The notes below the pieces were generated by a model. It did no database searches. It was given only the letters and a program-made list of their open reading frames with translations, and was not told the DNA's origin. This document shows, one piece after another, positions 31,038-40,103 of a stretch of DNA of 64,000 nt. This stretch comes from a virus: the IMG/VR virus record IMGVR_UViG_3300045988_128600. One strand, 5' to 3'. The translations under genes and the position numbers were made by a program. How positions within the stretch are numbered: the stretch's first letter is position 1; every line of letters begins with the position of its first letter.

Positions 31038-31339
31038 AACTCCCTTTTAATGGCTTTTTCCCACGCTTCACGGCCGAACTTTCCCTCGCGGTCTAACTTC
31101 TTGCCAATGTCTTTTGCGGTCAGCAGGTCAAGCTCGTCCGCAATCTCATCTTCAAAGTTTACCCAAGAGTCGTAAGTCTGAATAATGAGAACTTCATCAG
31201 CTTCAAAGACGCCACCGCACTCAGCGCAGATAATATAATCGTGGTCGATTAAAATACCCATGTGAGGGTCATTATCATCAGGGACTACAAAAAGGACTTG
31301 TTTAGCGTTCATGTGAAACACCTCTTTCATTTGATACAT
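31034..31339 (-). CDS. hypothetical protein
   Basis: 101-aa ORF; the promoter at 31341-31369 lies directly upstream. Confidence 0.45.
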   Translation of the reverse strand: MYQMKEVFHMNAKQVLFVVPDDNDPHMGILIDHDYIICAECGGVFEADEVLIIQTYDSWVNFEDEIADELDLLTAKDIGKKLDREGKFGREAWEKAIKREF

Positions 31340-31340
31340 T

Positions 31341-31369
31341 GATTATACCATAGGGAATAGGATTTGTCA
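31341..31369 (-). promoter_or_regulatory. sigma70-type promoter TTGACA-N17-TATAAT
   Basis: On the minus strand the element reads gggcTTGACAaatcctattccctatggTATAATcaa. Confidence 0.55.
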
Positions 31370-31389
31370 AGCCCTATTCCCTATTTTTT

Positions 31390-32166
31390 TTAGCTCATGT
31401 TTATCATGGGATTTTCCTTAATGTTTCGCATGAGCGCACGCTGAAACTCGGTCGGCTTGGGGCGTTCCACCGTGGGAGTTTTGAAAAGGGACTTTTCCAT
31501 TTTCTTGTGCTGTCGGACGCAATAGCGCAGAATCTCAACTTCAATGAGAACATCTTCTAATCCCGTGTGGGATTCATCAAAGCTGTCCTTACCGCTGATA
31601 AAGCGATAGAGAATTTCTGCGGTGAAACGGAGCTGTCCGTTCTTGGTCTTGTAGCCGTTCTTTTCGCAATAGTCGCGGTAAGTGGGCATTTTGCCGATAA
31701 CCTGACGTGCCATTTTCAACGTGTCCCAAATTTCGAGGTCGTAGGGGAAGAAATAGCGATACTTGCTTTTCGTGTCCCATCTTTGTGCGTTGTTGCAGGC
31801 GTTAAGGTCGAACCGCATATTGTGAGCGCACACAAAAGAGCAGTTGTAGCGCTCGACACATTCGCAAAACGCAAGACGAATTTCGTAAAGGTCAGCCATA
31901 ATGCGAATGCCGTTTTGAATATCCTCGACATAGCGAGGAATCTTGTTGGCATAGTATGCGGACTGCATGAGGTCGCGTTCGTAGCAGAAAATGTCGCGAT
32001 TCACAAAGGAATGAGTTTCATAAACATTTCCCTTGGAATCAATGACTGCCCAGCCGAAGTCGTAGGGAAGCACATTTGACATATCCAGCTTATTACCGTC
32101 CTGAATGGTGTTTGCGGTTTCCGTGTCCAGCATAATGCCGTAGTTTTTGCGCCTATCAATACCCAT
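31390..32166 (-). CDS. DnaQ-like 3'-5' exonuclease (DEDDh)
   Basis: IMLDTETAN (Exo I), CAHNMRFDLN (Exo II) and HTGLEDVLIEVE (Exo III, H-x4-D) motifs. Confidence 0.6.
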   Translation of the reverse strand: MGIDRRKNYGIMLDTETANTIQDGNKLDMSNVLPYDFGWAVIDSKGNVYETHSFVNRDIFCYERDLMQSAYYANKIPRYVEDIQNGIRIMADLYEIRLAFCECVERYNCSFVCAHNMRFDLNACNNAQRWDTKSKYRYFFPYDLEIWDTLKMARQVIGKMPTYRDYCEKNGYKTKNGQLRFTAEILYRFISGKDSFDESHTGLEDVLIEVEILRYCVRQHKKMEKSLFKTPTVERPKPTEFQRALMRNIKENPMINMS

Positions 32167-32306
32167 TTTATCGTCTCCTATTGGAAAAGTAGATTGAGGT
32201 TTACCATCGTTCTCTCAACCTCTAAATATAGTATAGCACTTTGCTATTGGTTTGTCAACAGTTTTTTTTGTGGGGCAGGGGATTTTTTATCCCCTGCCCT
32301 TTTCCC

Positions 32307-32681
32307 TTATGCGTGGGAGAAGTAGGACTTGCGCTTGTCAACCGTCTTGACAACCGTGCCTGCATCAATCATCTGACGCAGAAGAGCAGAAACACGCTGG
32401 TTGGAATACTCCGCAAGCTCGGGAACGCCCTTGATGAGGTCGGTCACGGTATACAGCTTGTCAGGGTTTGCGGTCATCTCGTCCAGAATGACCTGCTTCA
32501 CAGCGTCATTCTCCATCTGCTTGGCCGTGGGCTTCTTATCGCCCGCGTTCTTCTTGGCGAGCAATTCAATCTCATGCTCGATGAACGCCACCATGTCAGG
32601 ATTTGCCTGAACCTCGCTCATTTTGAGCAGAGCCTCGAAACGGTCGCGCTTGGTGAGCTTCTTAACAGTAGAAGTAGACAT
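32307..32681 (-). CDS. hypothetical protein, paralog family A
   Basis: Paralog of 29741..30118 and 11203..11619. Confidence 0.55.
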   Translation of the reverse strand: MSTSTVKKLTKRDRFEALLKMSEVQANPDMVAFIEHEIELLAKKNAGDKKPTAKQMENDAVKQVILDEMTANPDKLYTVTDLIKGVPELAEYSNQRVSALLRQMIDAGTVVKTVDKRKSYFSHA

Positions 32682-33184
32682 AGTATCAATTCCTTTCTGG
32701 TTTTTGAGACTGTCCTTGTCTTTGATGTAGTTATTATATCATAGGTGGCGCAGGTTGTCAATAGGTTTTGCAAATTTTTTTTAGGGGCGGTCGCGAGGTT
32801 TATTACTATACATCTTGTTTATACCTACCTTTATCTATAATCATAAACCAATTCATTTTACTAAACCAAATTAGTCTTTAAGGCGGTGGACGAGCATTAG
32901 AAGTCATCTTGTTTTTACCTCTCTCATTTGATGTATTCATTATACCCTACGTAGAACGGTTTGTCAAGGGGTTTTTCAAACTTTTTTTTTGAAAGTTTGT
33001 TCGGCACGCCACGCTTGGAACATTCCGTCGGATTTTGGTATAATGGTCAAGGGAACTGCCTTTCCGCAGGTCTTACTCTTTCCTCCTGACATTATGTAGT
33101 ATAGCAGATTGGTAATGATTTGTCTATTGGCAGAATGACCAAATAACGGGAAAAAATAAAATTGAAATTTGTGCAAAATTTCTC

Positions 33185-33213
33185 TTGACAAAAATGCTGG
33201 CAGGGTGTATAAT
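33185..33213 (+). promoter_or_regulatory. consensus TTGACA-N17-TATAAT promoter on the plus strand (repeat copy E2)
   Basis: Same layout as the promoter at 30648-30676. Confidence 0.45.
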
Positions 33214-33219
33214 GGTAAA

Positions 33220-33330
33220 TTCCGGTCGCAACATGCGTTAGCGACCGGCCAATTTTATCACATTTAAGGAACTTTGTCAATAGTCAAAGTAAACAAAAAA
33301 ATCTCCCCATTTTTGGGAAGATTTTCTTTT
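33220..33330 (+). ncRNA. candidate sRNA (repeat-family copy E2)
   Basis: GC stem-loop ccggtcgc...gcgaccgg, then the terminator tctcccca-ttttt-gggaaga and a T-run. Confidence 0.3.
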
Positions 33331-33604
33331 AGCCAATCACATTGACCTCGGTTTTGATAGGCGTTACCATCTTGTCGCGCGGGAACTCGCGAACCTGACC
33401 CGTTTCAAGATTCACCGCGTAGCAATACTGCGGGCCTCTCGACCGGACAAACGGCGTGTTGTTGTTGCTGTCAATTTTAAGATACATTCCCATACCGCTA
33501 CCATTGGAACGCAGAGTGGTGAACGTGCCACCGCTGAGAACGTTGATAATCTGGAACTGACCCTTAGTGCCAAAATTTACTTTCATTTTTATTTCCTCTT
33601 TCAA
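33329..33604 (-). CDS. hypothetical protein
   Basis: 91-aa ORF. Confidence 0.4.
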   Translation of the reverse strand: MKEEIKMKVNFGTKGQFQIINVLSGGTFTTLRSNGSGMGMYLKIDSNNNTPFVRSRGPQYCYAVNLETGQVREFPRDKMVTPIKTEVNVIG

Positions 33605-33915
33605 AATTCTTCTAAGAAGTGAATCGGTTTATGATTTGGTCTGAAAAATGCCATTCCCTCGGTATAAAGAGAATTAAACAAATCCGCAGACACTTCAAAC
33701 CATTCCGTGCCACTAATGCGATTGCCCAACTCACTTAAAGTCAGATGACAAGAATTTTCCATGTCTCGGCTTCCAGCGCAAGTGCTACGCATTATTGCTT
33801 TTGGATTATGGGTGTAATAGGTTTTACGACGATTTGCAAGGTTTTTAGTGCCGTCAGAATAGCCAACTTTAACCAAATGACTATTGGCTAAATTATCCAT
33901 CATCAAATACAGCAT
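33601..33915 (-). CDS. hypothetical protein; weak T5orf172/GIY-YIG-like signature
   Basis: VKVGYSDGTKNLANRR loosely resembles the T5orf172 motif; the resemblance is weak. Confidence 0.3.
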   Translation of the reverse strand: MLYLMMDNLANSHLVKVGYSDGTKNLANRRKTYYTHNPKAIMRSTCAGSRDMENSCHLTLSELGNRISGTEWFEVSADLFNSLYTEGMAFFRPNHKPIHFLEEF

Positions 33916-33922
33916 TTTTACC

Positions 33923-34066
33923 TCACAACAGATGGGTATTGACCCAATCTGCGGTCACAAGTCCGATTTCCTTAGAGACAACCGTTTCATAGCGGTAATT
34001 ACCGCCATCAGTTCGTCCGGTCACTTTGGCGAGAACGCCAAGGGTAAGCCAAAAATAAGGCATCAT
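33923..34066 (-). CDS. small hypothetical protein (47 aa)
   Basis: AAAGGGG SD then ATG, immediately after the stop of the upstream TM peptide. Confidence 0.3.
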   Translation of the reverse strand: MMPYFWLTLGVLAKVTGRTDGGNYRYETVVSKEIGLVTADWVNTHLL

Positions 34067-34071
34067 TTTTA

Positions 34072-34278
34072 TCACCCCTTTGAACCGACCGTAAAGAGCG
34101 AACGCAGAAGCAACAGAACAATCCAAATTGCGAGCGCCAGCTTCCACGAGAACACGATGACGAAAGTGCCGATTGCGGTGATACCAAGGGCGGGAAGAAG
34201 CCAACAGAGAAGCCAAACCAGACCAGAGGTAAGCAGGAACGAAATTGCGAGAGACAGCAGAATCAAAAGAACAAACAT
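34072..34278 (-). CDS. small membrane protein (2 TM)
   Basis: Consensus promoter at 34309-34337, then SD and ATG; strongly hydrophobic. Confidence 0.5.
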   Translation of the reverse strand: MFVLLILLSLAISFLLTSGLVWLLCWLLPALGITAIGTFVIVFSWKLALAIWIVLLLLRSLFTVGSKG

Positions 34279-34308
34279 TTTATTTTTTCCTTTTCATTTG
34301 ATGTATTT

Positions 34309-34337
34309 ATTATACCATTGGAGTAGGGCTTTGTCAA
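34309..34337 (-). promoter_or_regulatory. sigma70-type promoter TTGACA-N17-TATAAT
   Basis: On the minus strand the element reads gggcTTGACAaagccctactccaatggTATAATaaa. Confidence 0.55.
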
Positions 34338-34834
34338 GCCCTTTTCTCCAAAAGTTCCGAAAGTTTTTCGATAATGTTTACTGTGGTCGGGTCAATGGTA
34401 GCGCCCAAGTGCCAACCATTCCGAACCTTTTCATTATCGTCAACCAAGATGGACACGTCATAGCGGTCGCGCACGCTGTCGGCCTTAGTCGCGCCATACT
34501 GGACGCCGTGGAAGTGGTCATAGTGGAAGCCCTGTTCTTTAAGCCACGCGCGCTTTGCTTCACGCACGAGGTTTTTGTATTCCTCGCTCGAATCCTTAGA
34601 GAGCCAAGTAATGATATTGATTTCCCAGCCCTCGGCGCGGAGAAGTTCGCAAACCTCATTCAATTCAGCCATGTCACACATGGGGACGGCAGTTCGATAG
34701 GGCTTAGGGTTTTCCGAACGGAGAAGCGCGAGCCAATCCTTGACGCCGTAGAGGTCAGCGATAGTGCCGTCCATGTCAAAGTTAATGGAGCGTCGAGTGG
34801 CCACAACGTGGGACTTGATGTAAGTGATTTTCAT
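34334..34834 (-). CDS. HAD-superfamily 5'(3')-deoxyribonucleotidase-like phosphatase (NT5C family)
   Basis: INFDMDGTIADL matches HAD motif I (DxDG) as found in dNMP phosphatases. ILVDDN supplies motif III. Confidence 0.55.
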   Translation of the reverse strand: MKITYIKSHVVATRRSINFDMDGTIADLYGVKDWLALLRSENPKPYRTAVPMCDMAELNEVCELLRAEGWEINIITWLSKDSSEEYKNLVREAKRAWLKEQGFHYDHFHGVQYGATKADSVRDRYDVSILVDDNEKVRNGWHLGATIDPTTVNIIEKLSELLEKRA

Positions 34835-34846
34835 AGGTGCTTACCT

Positions 34847-34875
34847 CTTTCCTTTACTATGCTTGTATTATACCA
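34847..34875 (-). promoter_or_regulatory. consensus sigma70-type promoter TTGACA-N17-(TGg)TATAAT
   Basis: tgtcaa at 34870-34875 and attata at 34847-34852 on the plus strand; the spacer is exactly 17 bp. Confidence 0.6.
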
Positions 34876-34926
34876 CTATTGGATTTGCTTGTCAAGTGTT
34901 TTTTTTCAAAATTTTCGCGGTCTTTC

Positions 34927-35070
34927 TTAATACACGAAAGATAAGAAATTAAGCAAAATCAACACAGGAATAGCGTAAACGATATTGAAAGAGTCCCACC
35001 CGAGACTTTCACAGGAATAAGCAAAAATAAAGCCAAAAACGAGGCCGAAAATGCCGATTAAAATAATCAT
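34927..35070 (-). CDS. small membrane peptide (about 47 aa)
   Basis: GGAGGA SD then ATG (MIILIGIFGL...). Confidence 0.4.
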   Translation of the reverse strand: MIILIGIFGLVFGFIFAYSCESLGWDSFNIVYAIPVLILLNFLSFVY

Positions 35071-35330
35071 TCTAAATCCTCCAAGTGGCCGAAATGTTCG
35101 TTGATATGCCATTCAAGATAGGCATTAGTCGCAATCTGAATTTCTCTATCCAGCCAGTCATAAAAATCCTCGGGGTCGCGGGCCATGCGTTCATCAATGA
35201 TATCTTTGAGAGAAACGCGGTGAGCAAGGAATTCCGAAATATCAAGAGAATCCATAGAAGAAAGAAGCTCTTCCGCACATTCTCCGCGAGTAGAGAACTT
35301 TTCAGTAGAAAAATCGTGAGTGTAATACAT
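35067..35330 (-). CDS. hypothetical protein
   Basis: 87-aa ORF. Confidence 0.4.
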   Translation of the reverse strand: MYYTHDFSTEKFSTRGECAEELLSSMDSLDISEFLAHRVSLKDIIDERMARDPEDFYDWLDREIQIATNAYLEWHINEHFGHLEDLE

Positions 35331-35352
35331 TGTTTGTACCTCCTATGAGTAT

Positions 35353-35607
35353 TCAGAAAAGAATTTTACCAACAGTAGAGAAATTATTATCATCATTGAT
35401 ATAATATTCCTCTTCGTAGGTATTATACTCAATACTCCCAAAAGCGGAACAATAGTTCTTGATTGCTTCTACGACTTCATTCCACGCGGTCTCCTTTGCA
35501 CAAAGCCGTCTATGTTCAAGCTCATCGGCGATAACCAACTGTAAATGAGACAGGTCTTCGGCAGAGATTGTCTCAACAGGATTAGTAAGTAAATTCTTAA
35601 TTTCCAT
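35353..35607 (-). CDS. hypothetical protein
   Basis: 84-aa ORF. Confidence 0.4.
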   Translation of the reverse strand: MEIKNLLTNPVETISAEDLSHLQLVIADELEHRRLCAKETAWNEVVEAIKNYCSAFGSIEYNTYEEEYYINDDNNFSTVGKILF

Positions 35608-35725
35608 TTTATGTTCCCCTTTCCTTTACGGTAATCATAGTATAGCAGATTATTACATTCTTGTCTATTGGCAAAATGCCCAAATTCGGGAAAATAATTA
35701 GTTGGACTTTTGGCTAAATTTCCTA

Positions 35726-35754
35726 TTGACAAATTGCTGAGATGGTGGTATAAT
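35726..35754 (+). promoter_or_regulatory. consensus TTGACA-N17-TATAAT promoter on the plus strand (repeat copy E3)
   Basis: ATTGACAaattgctgagatggtgGTATAATgg. Confidence 0.45.
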
Positions 35755-35760
35755 GGAATT

Positions 35761-35870
35761 TCCGGCCGTGGCAGGCGCAAACGGCCGGTCATTTTATCAC
35801 ACTATTGGATTTTTGTCAATAGGCAAAATAGCTAAAAAATGAGGTGAATTTTCACCTCAAATTTTATCTG
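35761..35870 (+). ncRNA. candidate sRNA (repeat-family copy E3)
   Basis: GC stem-loop ccggccg...cggccgg, then the hairpin gaggtgaa-tttt-cacctc. Confidence 0.3.
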
Positions 35871-36045
35871 TAATAACGGGTAGTAATGGTTTTGAAAATC
35901 TGATAGATATTTTCATCTTCCATCAACTTTTGGATAAAAGCATCAGCTTTTTCTTCGGAATCAAAACTGATTCGATTTTCATAATACTGGTCCCAAGGAT
36001 TTTTACCGCTGTAATCAACCCGGAATGTCTTTTCAATTTCCATTT
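35866..36045 (-). CDS. small hypothetical protein (59 aa)
   Basis: ATG ORF with SD; it lies below the 60-aa cutoff of the ORF track. Confidence 0.3.
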
Positions 36046-36120
36046 TATTTGCCCCTTTTCTTTGATTCTTTTATTGTAGCACAAGGGACTTGTTTTGTCA
36101 AGTCCCTTGTGCTATTTTTT

Positions 36121-36573
36121 TTAACGTTCAGATACAATGCTGAGGTAGCGGACAATCATGTCCATTTCGCAACCCTTGTCTTGCTGGTCGCAAACCGCAT
36201 AACCCACAAGGTCGCCGTCCGCACAAATCGGGTAAACGCCATAAGTGTTATTGAAAACAAACGGCTTTCTTTCAAATTCCCATTGGGTCGGAACGTAGGC
36301 CGGATAGTTTTCCATACCCCGCAGTTTCACGGTAGTATCATAGATTGCGATAGGACGCAGACCGGAATTCGATGCCATTGTAATAGCGGTTCGCAGAGCT
36401 TCTTCGGTCAGCGAACCAAGCACCGAATACCTCTTGAAGCAAACGCAGTCGTTGTCTTCAATGAAGATTTCGAGCGGATCGCCCTCGCGAATCTTCAAAG
36501 TCCGGCGAATCTCTTTCGGAATGACCACACGTCCAAGGTCATCAATTCTGCGGACAATACCAGTAGCTTTCAT
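36121..36573 (-). CDS. AbrB/SpoVT-family (swapped-hairpin) DNA-binding regulator
   Basis: The N-terminus MKATGIVRRIDDLGRVVIPKEIRRTLKIREGDPLEIF matches the AbrB N-domain consensus. About 100 further aa follow at the C-terminus. Confidence 0.65.
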   Translation of the reverse strand: MKATGIVRRIDDLGRVVIPKEIRRTLKIREGDPLEIFIEDNDCVCFKRYSVLGSLTEEALRTAITMASNSGLRPIAIYDTTVKLRGMENYPAYVPTQWEFERKPFVFNNTYGVYPICADGDLVGYAVCDQQDKGCEMDMIVRYLSIVSER

Positions 36574-36637
36574 TTTAATTTTCCCCTTTCATTTGATACG
36601 TTAAGTATAGCAGAATAAAAGGCTTTTGTCAAGCCCT

Positions 36638-37117
36638 TTATTCAAGATTTTTGCTTTCGTAAGCAGAAATTTTTCCGTTGCAGGTATGCGCGATTTCCTT
36701 AACTGCTTTTGTCTGCTCTTGCGTGGAACAGTAGCAATTAAACATAATCCACTTACCCGCATAGAAATAATTACACGGAATGTCATGGTCAGTTACCATT
36801 AACTTCACAATATCGGCGTTATAGTCCGCGGAAACAGCAAATTCAATTTTCCATAGCTTATCTTTACGCGCTTTCTCTTCAATCCACTTGACAAGGTAAA
36901 CGCCTACGAAATTACAAATGGCAGTAATAGCCATTTTCAACCAGATGGGCATACCGTCCGCGGAAGTCAGCACAATCACATAGGAATAAAAACCATAAGT
37001 GATAGCATTGATAAAAGATGCGCTAAACTTCCCACCGTTGACAGTCAAGATGCTTTTGATAGTTGACAGAATCACATTCACCGCCGTGCAAAGCGCGAAC
37101 AGAAGAATTGTATTCAT
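36638..37117 (-). CDS. membrane protein
   Basis: Several TM helices in the N-terminal half. Confidence 0.45.
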   Translation of the reverse strand: MNTILLFALCTAVNVILSTIKSILTVNGGKFSASFINAITYGFYSYVIVLTSADGMPIWLKMAITAICNFVGVYLVKWIEEKARKDKLWKIEFAVSADYNADIVKLMVTDHDIPCNYFYAGKWIMFNCYCSTQEQTKAVKEIAHTCNGKISAYESKNLE

Positions 37118-37362
37118 TCTACCACCTCAATATCGCAGTAAATACAGTCGGTAATATCGACGTATTCCTCAAAGTTCATTCTTTTATCGTCGCGGTGTGT
37201 AAAGTCGATGTAGGCATCTTTACCGCGAAGATTATTCTCTTCATTATATGCGCGAGTGGCATTGTCAAAAGCCTTAATAGCGTCAGCTTCATTATAAACC
37301 ACCACTTCTTTGACTTCCAGAGCATCATACCAAATAGTATATTTCTTTTTCATTATTATCAC
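37114..37362 (-). CDS. hypothetical protein
   Basis: 82-aa ORF. Confidence 0.4.
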   Translation of the reverse strand: MIIMKKKYTIWYDALEVKEVVVYNEADAIKAFDNATRAYNEENNLRGKDAYIDFTHRDDKRMNFEEYVDITDCIYCDIEVVE

Positions 37363-37577
37363 CCTTTCCTTTTTCTATTATAATAATATCATATTATAAT
37401 AGAAATGTCAATAGAGAGTTTTTAATTTACTCTTTTAATTTTTCTAATAAGTCATCAGCACATTCATAGCTGATACTTCTGCGGTCGCACTCGTTGGACA
37501 AAGGACAACAAGCGCAGTCGTTAAAGGTTTCCGTCCAAGCGCGCAACCAGTCAATCAAGCGCAAAGTATTAACTTCC

Positions 37578-37880
37578 TCATACATTGTTTTCAGTCTCCT
37601 TTACTCGGACAAAAAAGACCTTGTTATAGATTTTCGTCGCTTTAAGGTCAATCCAAAAATACACATTTCCACATACTCGATAGATTTTACAAGTCTCTCC
37701 GCTGACCTTTTTGACTTCCTCAAATTTCTCTGGCGTAGTGGGGTGGAAAACCGTCAGTTTAAGGAATATGCAATAGAAAGATAAAGGAACAAAGCCGATA
37801 ATCAGAGCAATCCATGCGAGAACGTCAGTTAAAGTGTTTTCCCCATTCGCACCATTCGTCGGTGATTGTAGCGAACGCAA
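37578..37880 (-). CDS. hypothetical membrane protein
   Basis: Contains a TM segment. A 32-aa hydrophobic mini-ORF (37825-37923) lies just upstream on the same strand. Confidence 0.35.
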   Translation of the reverse strand: MRSLQSPTNGANGENTLTDVLAWIALIIGFVPLSFYCIFLKLTVFHPTTPEKFEEVKKVSGETCKIYRVCGNVYFWIDLKATKIYNKVFFVRVKETENNV

Positions 37881-38150
37881 TACCCACGCAAAATGCGAGA
37901 ATCAACCAATACCATGCCACCATTATTTTATTCCCCCTTTATTTGTTGTATACATCTTACCACATTATAGGATTTTTGTCTATTGGCATTTTACACAAAA
38001 ATTCGTGCGAAAATTTGTTGAACTTACCTCTTGACAAAAAACTCGGCGCGCCACAATCGTCCGCGCGCCGACAATTTTATCACATTCAAGGAACTTTGTC
38101 AATAGTGAAAGTAAACAAAAAAAATCACCCAAATTGGGTGATTTTTTCAT

Positions 38151-38342
38151 TTAATTTTCTACGGCTTCGAGGTCGGCGAGAATGGGAACGAGCTTGTCTT
38201 CAAGAAGCGCGACACGCTCAATCATTTCATTTGCCTCTGCACCACCCGACGGGTATCTCTTCTGAATACCGTATCGAGCCATTCTGCACACCGTTTCAAC
38301 AACCTCGCTCAGTTTCTCATTTTTCATTTTTCTTATCTCCAT
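38151..38342 (-). CDS. hypothetical protein
   Basis: 63-aa ORF. Confidence 0.4.
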   Translation of the reverse strand: MEIRKMKNEKLSEVVETVCRMARYGIQKRYPSGGAEANEMIERVALLEDKLVPILADLEAVEN

Positions 38343-38438
38343 TCAATTTATTTTTGGAAAGGGTGGCGGTTGTTTCAGGCACAACCGCCAAAGCCATAGG
38401 AAAGGGGGAGAAAAAACACGAACAAAAGTTCGGTTTTG

Positions 38439-38690
38439 TCAAGAGATAATGAGTTCTGCACCGTAGATGGGGAGAACCAAGTGTTTTGGACTGAAACAGT
38501 CAAGAGTGTAATTATCCAAATTGAGAGCGTTCCATTCATCTGCTCCGGTGTCGTCATTGACCTCTAAAGAGGTTTTAATGTAATAAGTGTCTCCGGTGGT
38601 GGCAGGGGCTTGAAAAACCATACCCTCGGGAATATCTTCAAACGGAACAAGTTTATTGCTATGTTTAACAGTAATTTTCATTTCATTCAC
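38439..38690 (-). CDS. hypothetical protein
   Basis: 83-aa ORF. Confidence 0.4.
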   Translation of the reverse strand: MNEMKITVKHSNKLVPFEDIPEGMVFQAPATTGDTYYIKTSLEVNDDTGADEWNALNLDNYTLDCFSPKHLVLPIYGAELIIS

Positions 38691-38838
38691 CCTTTATAAT
38701 AGTATTTGTAAGCCCATTCGATGATTTCATGGCTTGTGGTAGTCCATTCCTCTTTGGGGCTATCGAACTTTTCCGCATACTTTTTGATGTAGTTATTATA
38801 CTCCATGCGTGCGGTGTCGTATGCTCCAATAGCCACAA

Positions 38839-39039
38839 TTAAAGCGTGCTTCGCTTTTCGGCGTCAGAGACGGCTTTCTTGCGGTCAGCGCCATCGGGGT
38901 AGAGGTTAATCACTCCTACGCGCGTAATGACTTGCCTTGTCTTTTCATAAAGGCGGTCGCGTGTTTCCCATACTTCATAAAGCGCATCGTCCGCGCGACT
39001 TTCATAAGGGTTGAAAGGCTTCTTTTTCTTACCGAACAT
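38839..39039 (-). CDS. small basic protein
   Basis: Start placed at MFGKKKKPF; the longer TTG-called ORF overlaps the upstream gene. Confidence 0.35.
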   Translation of the reverse strand: MFGKKKKPFNPYESRADDALYEVWETRDRLYEKTRQVITRVGVINLYPDGADRKKAVSDAEKRSTL

Positions 39040-39367
39040 TTTTCTTTTTCTCCTTTTCCTGTTTATTCCACATTCTATCAAAGAACGCATTTGCGAGAAC
39101 ACGCTTGTAAAGGTTATCAGGCATGGGGCGCTCGCCGTGCTTATTTCTCCAAATCGCGGTGATTTTATCAATATCCGCGATATAGGCTGTAATGAGCGTG
39201 CCGTCCTTGGCGCTACGGATAAGAAGAATACCGGTTGTAGTGATAGTGTAGAGAACATCGTCCTCAACGCTGTCGATATACGGTTCGCCGATTCCTACAT
39301 TATCGTAGATGAAGAGCAGGCGGTCAATGCGGTCTTGCGTAGCATGTTTTGACATTTTGATAAGCAT
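39029..39367 (-). CDS. hypothetical protein
   Basis: Start moved to the ATG (MLIKMSK) downstream of promoter 39405-39433 and the AAGAGG SD. Confidence 0.4.
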   Translation of the reverse strand: MLIKMSKHATQDRIDRLLFIYDNVGIGEPYIDSVEDDVLYTITTTGILLIRSAKDGTLITAYIADIDKITAIWRNKHGERPMPDNLYKRVLANAFFDRMWNKQEKEKKKNVR

Positions 39368-39404
39368 TTGTTTTACCTCTTTCTTTTCCTCTTGGATTGA
39401 TTGT

Positions 39405-39433
39405 ATTATACCATATGGGGAGGGGCTTGTCAA
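39405..39433 (-). promoter_or_regulatory. sigma70-type promoter TTGACA-N17-TATAAT
   Basis: On the minus strand the element reads gggcTTGACAagcccctccccatatggTATAATaca. Confidence 0.55.
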
Positions 39434-39450
39434 GCCCCTTTAATATAATT

Positions 39451-39597
39451 GTTCCCCATTGTGGTAGCGCTCATATTCCGCTTCAAGGAAGTCGAGAATA
39501 GTTTCAAAGTCGTCTGCGTCTGCGGGGTCTGCAAAGACCTTTTCAAGGACTTCGTTAGTGTGTCTGTTGTAAACTCGAACCATATCCATTTTACTTA
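39451..39597 (-). CDS. small acidic protein (about 49 aa)
   Basis: Promoter 39620-39648 (TTGACA-N17-TATAAT), AAGAGG SD, then ATG (MDMVRVYN...). Confidence 0.35.
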
Positions 39598-39619
39598 CCT
39601 CTTTCTTGATTGTATATGT

Positions 39620-39648
39620 ATTATATCATGCGAAAGGGCTTTTGTCAA
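39620..39648 (-). promoter_or_regulatory. sigma70-type promoter TTGACA-N17-TATAAT
   Basis: tgtcaa at 39643-39648 and attata at 39620-39625 on the plus strand. Confidence 0.55.
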
Positions 39649-39794
39649 GCCCTTTTTATCAGAAATGATAATTTCTGATGATGGCGTCGAACTTGGGAGC
39701 ATATTTAATTTCCATGGTGTTTCTCCCTTTCCTTTATTGTATCTTTATTGTAGCATATAGGGCTTGTTTTGTCAAGCCCTATATGCAATTTTTT

Positions 39795-40103
39795 TTAGCA
39801 GTAAGCCAGATTCCCGCGTGCCCAGCCATATACGCTGATTTGATTGCACGCCTTGCCAATTTCAAGCGCCTGCTTCTTGGTCTGCACCCTCTTGGACTTG
39901 TCAACATAATAGATGCCGTTCGCAAGCCACACACCGCAGTTTCCGTCGAAGTCCTTAACCGCGTTGATAGCTTCGCGGGCGGTCTTACATTCAACGCCGT
40001 TGGTAGCGACCTGCCAGCCGGACTTGTAGTTGACTTTTTTGCCATATTTGAGGGTCATGCCGTCATTTTCTGCGAGCTTACGAATAGAACGAATGTTAAT
40101 CAT
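39795..40103 (-). CDS. hypothetical protein
   Basis: 102-aa ORF with a long 5' leader that includes a GC stem-loop (repeat copy E5). Confidence 0.45.
   Translation of the reverse strand: MINIRSIRKLAENDGMTLKYGKKVNYKSGWQVATNGVECKTAREAINAVKDFDGNCGVWLANGIYYVDKSKRVQTKKQALEIGKACNQISVYGWARGNLAYC

Noticed and set aside
33884-34930. 348-aa plus-strand ORF
   Set aside because: It spans three minus-strand genes that have their own consensus promoters, SDs and recognisable domains (the HAD phosphatase), and it crosses promoter and terminator elements. It is a GC-rich antisense frame artefact.
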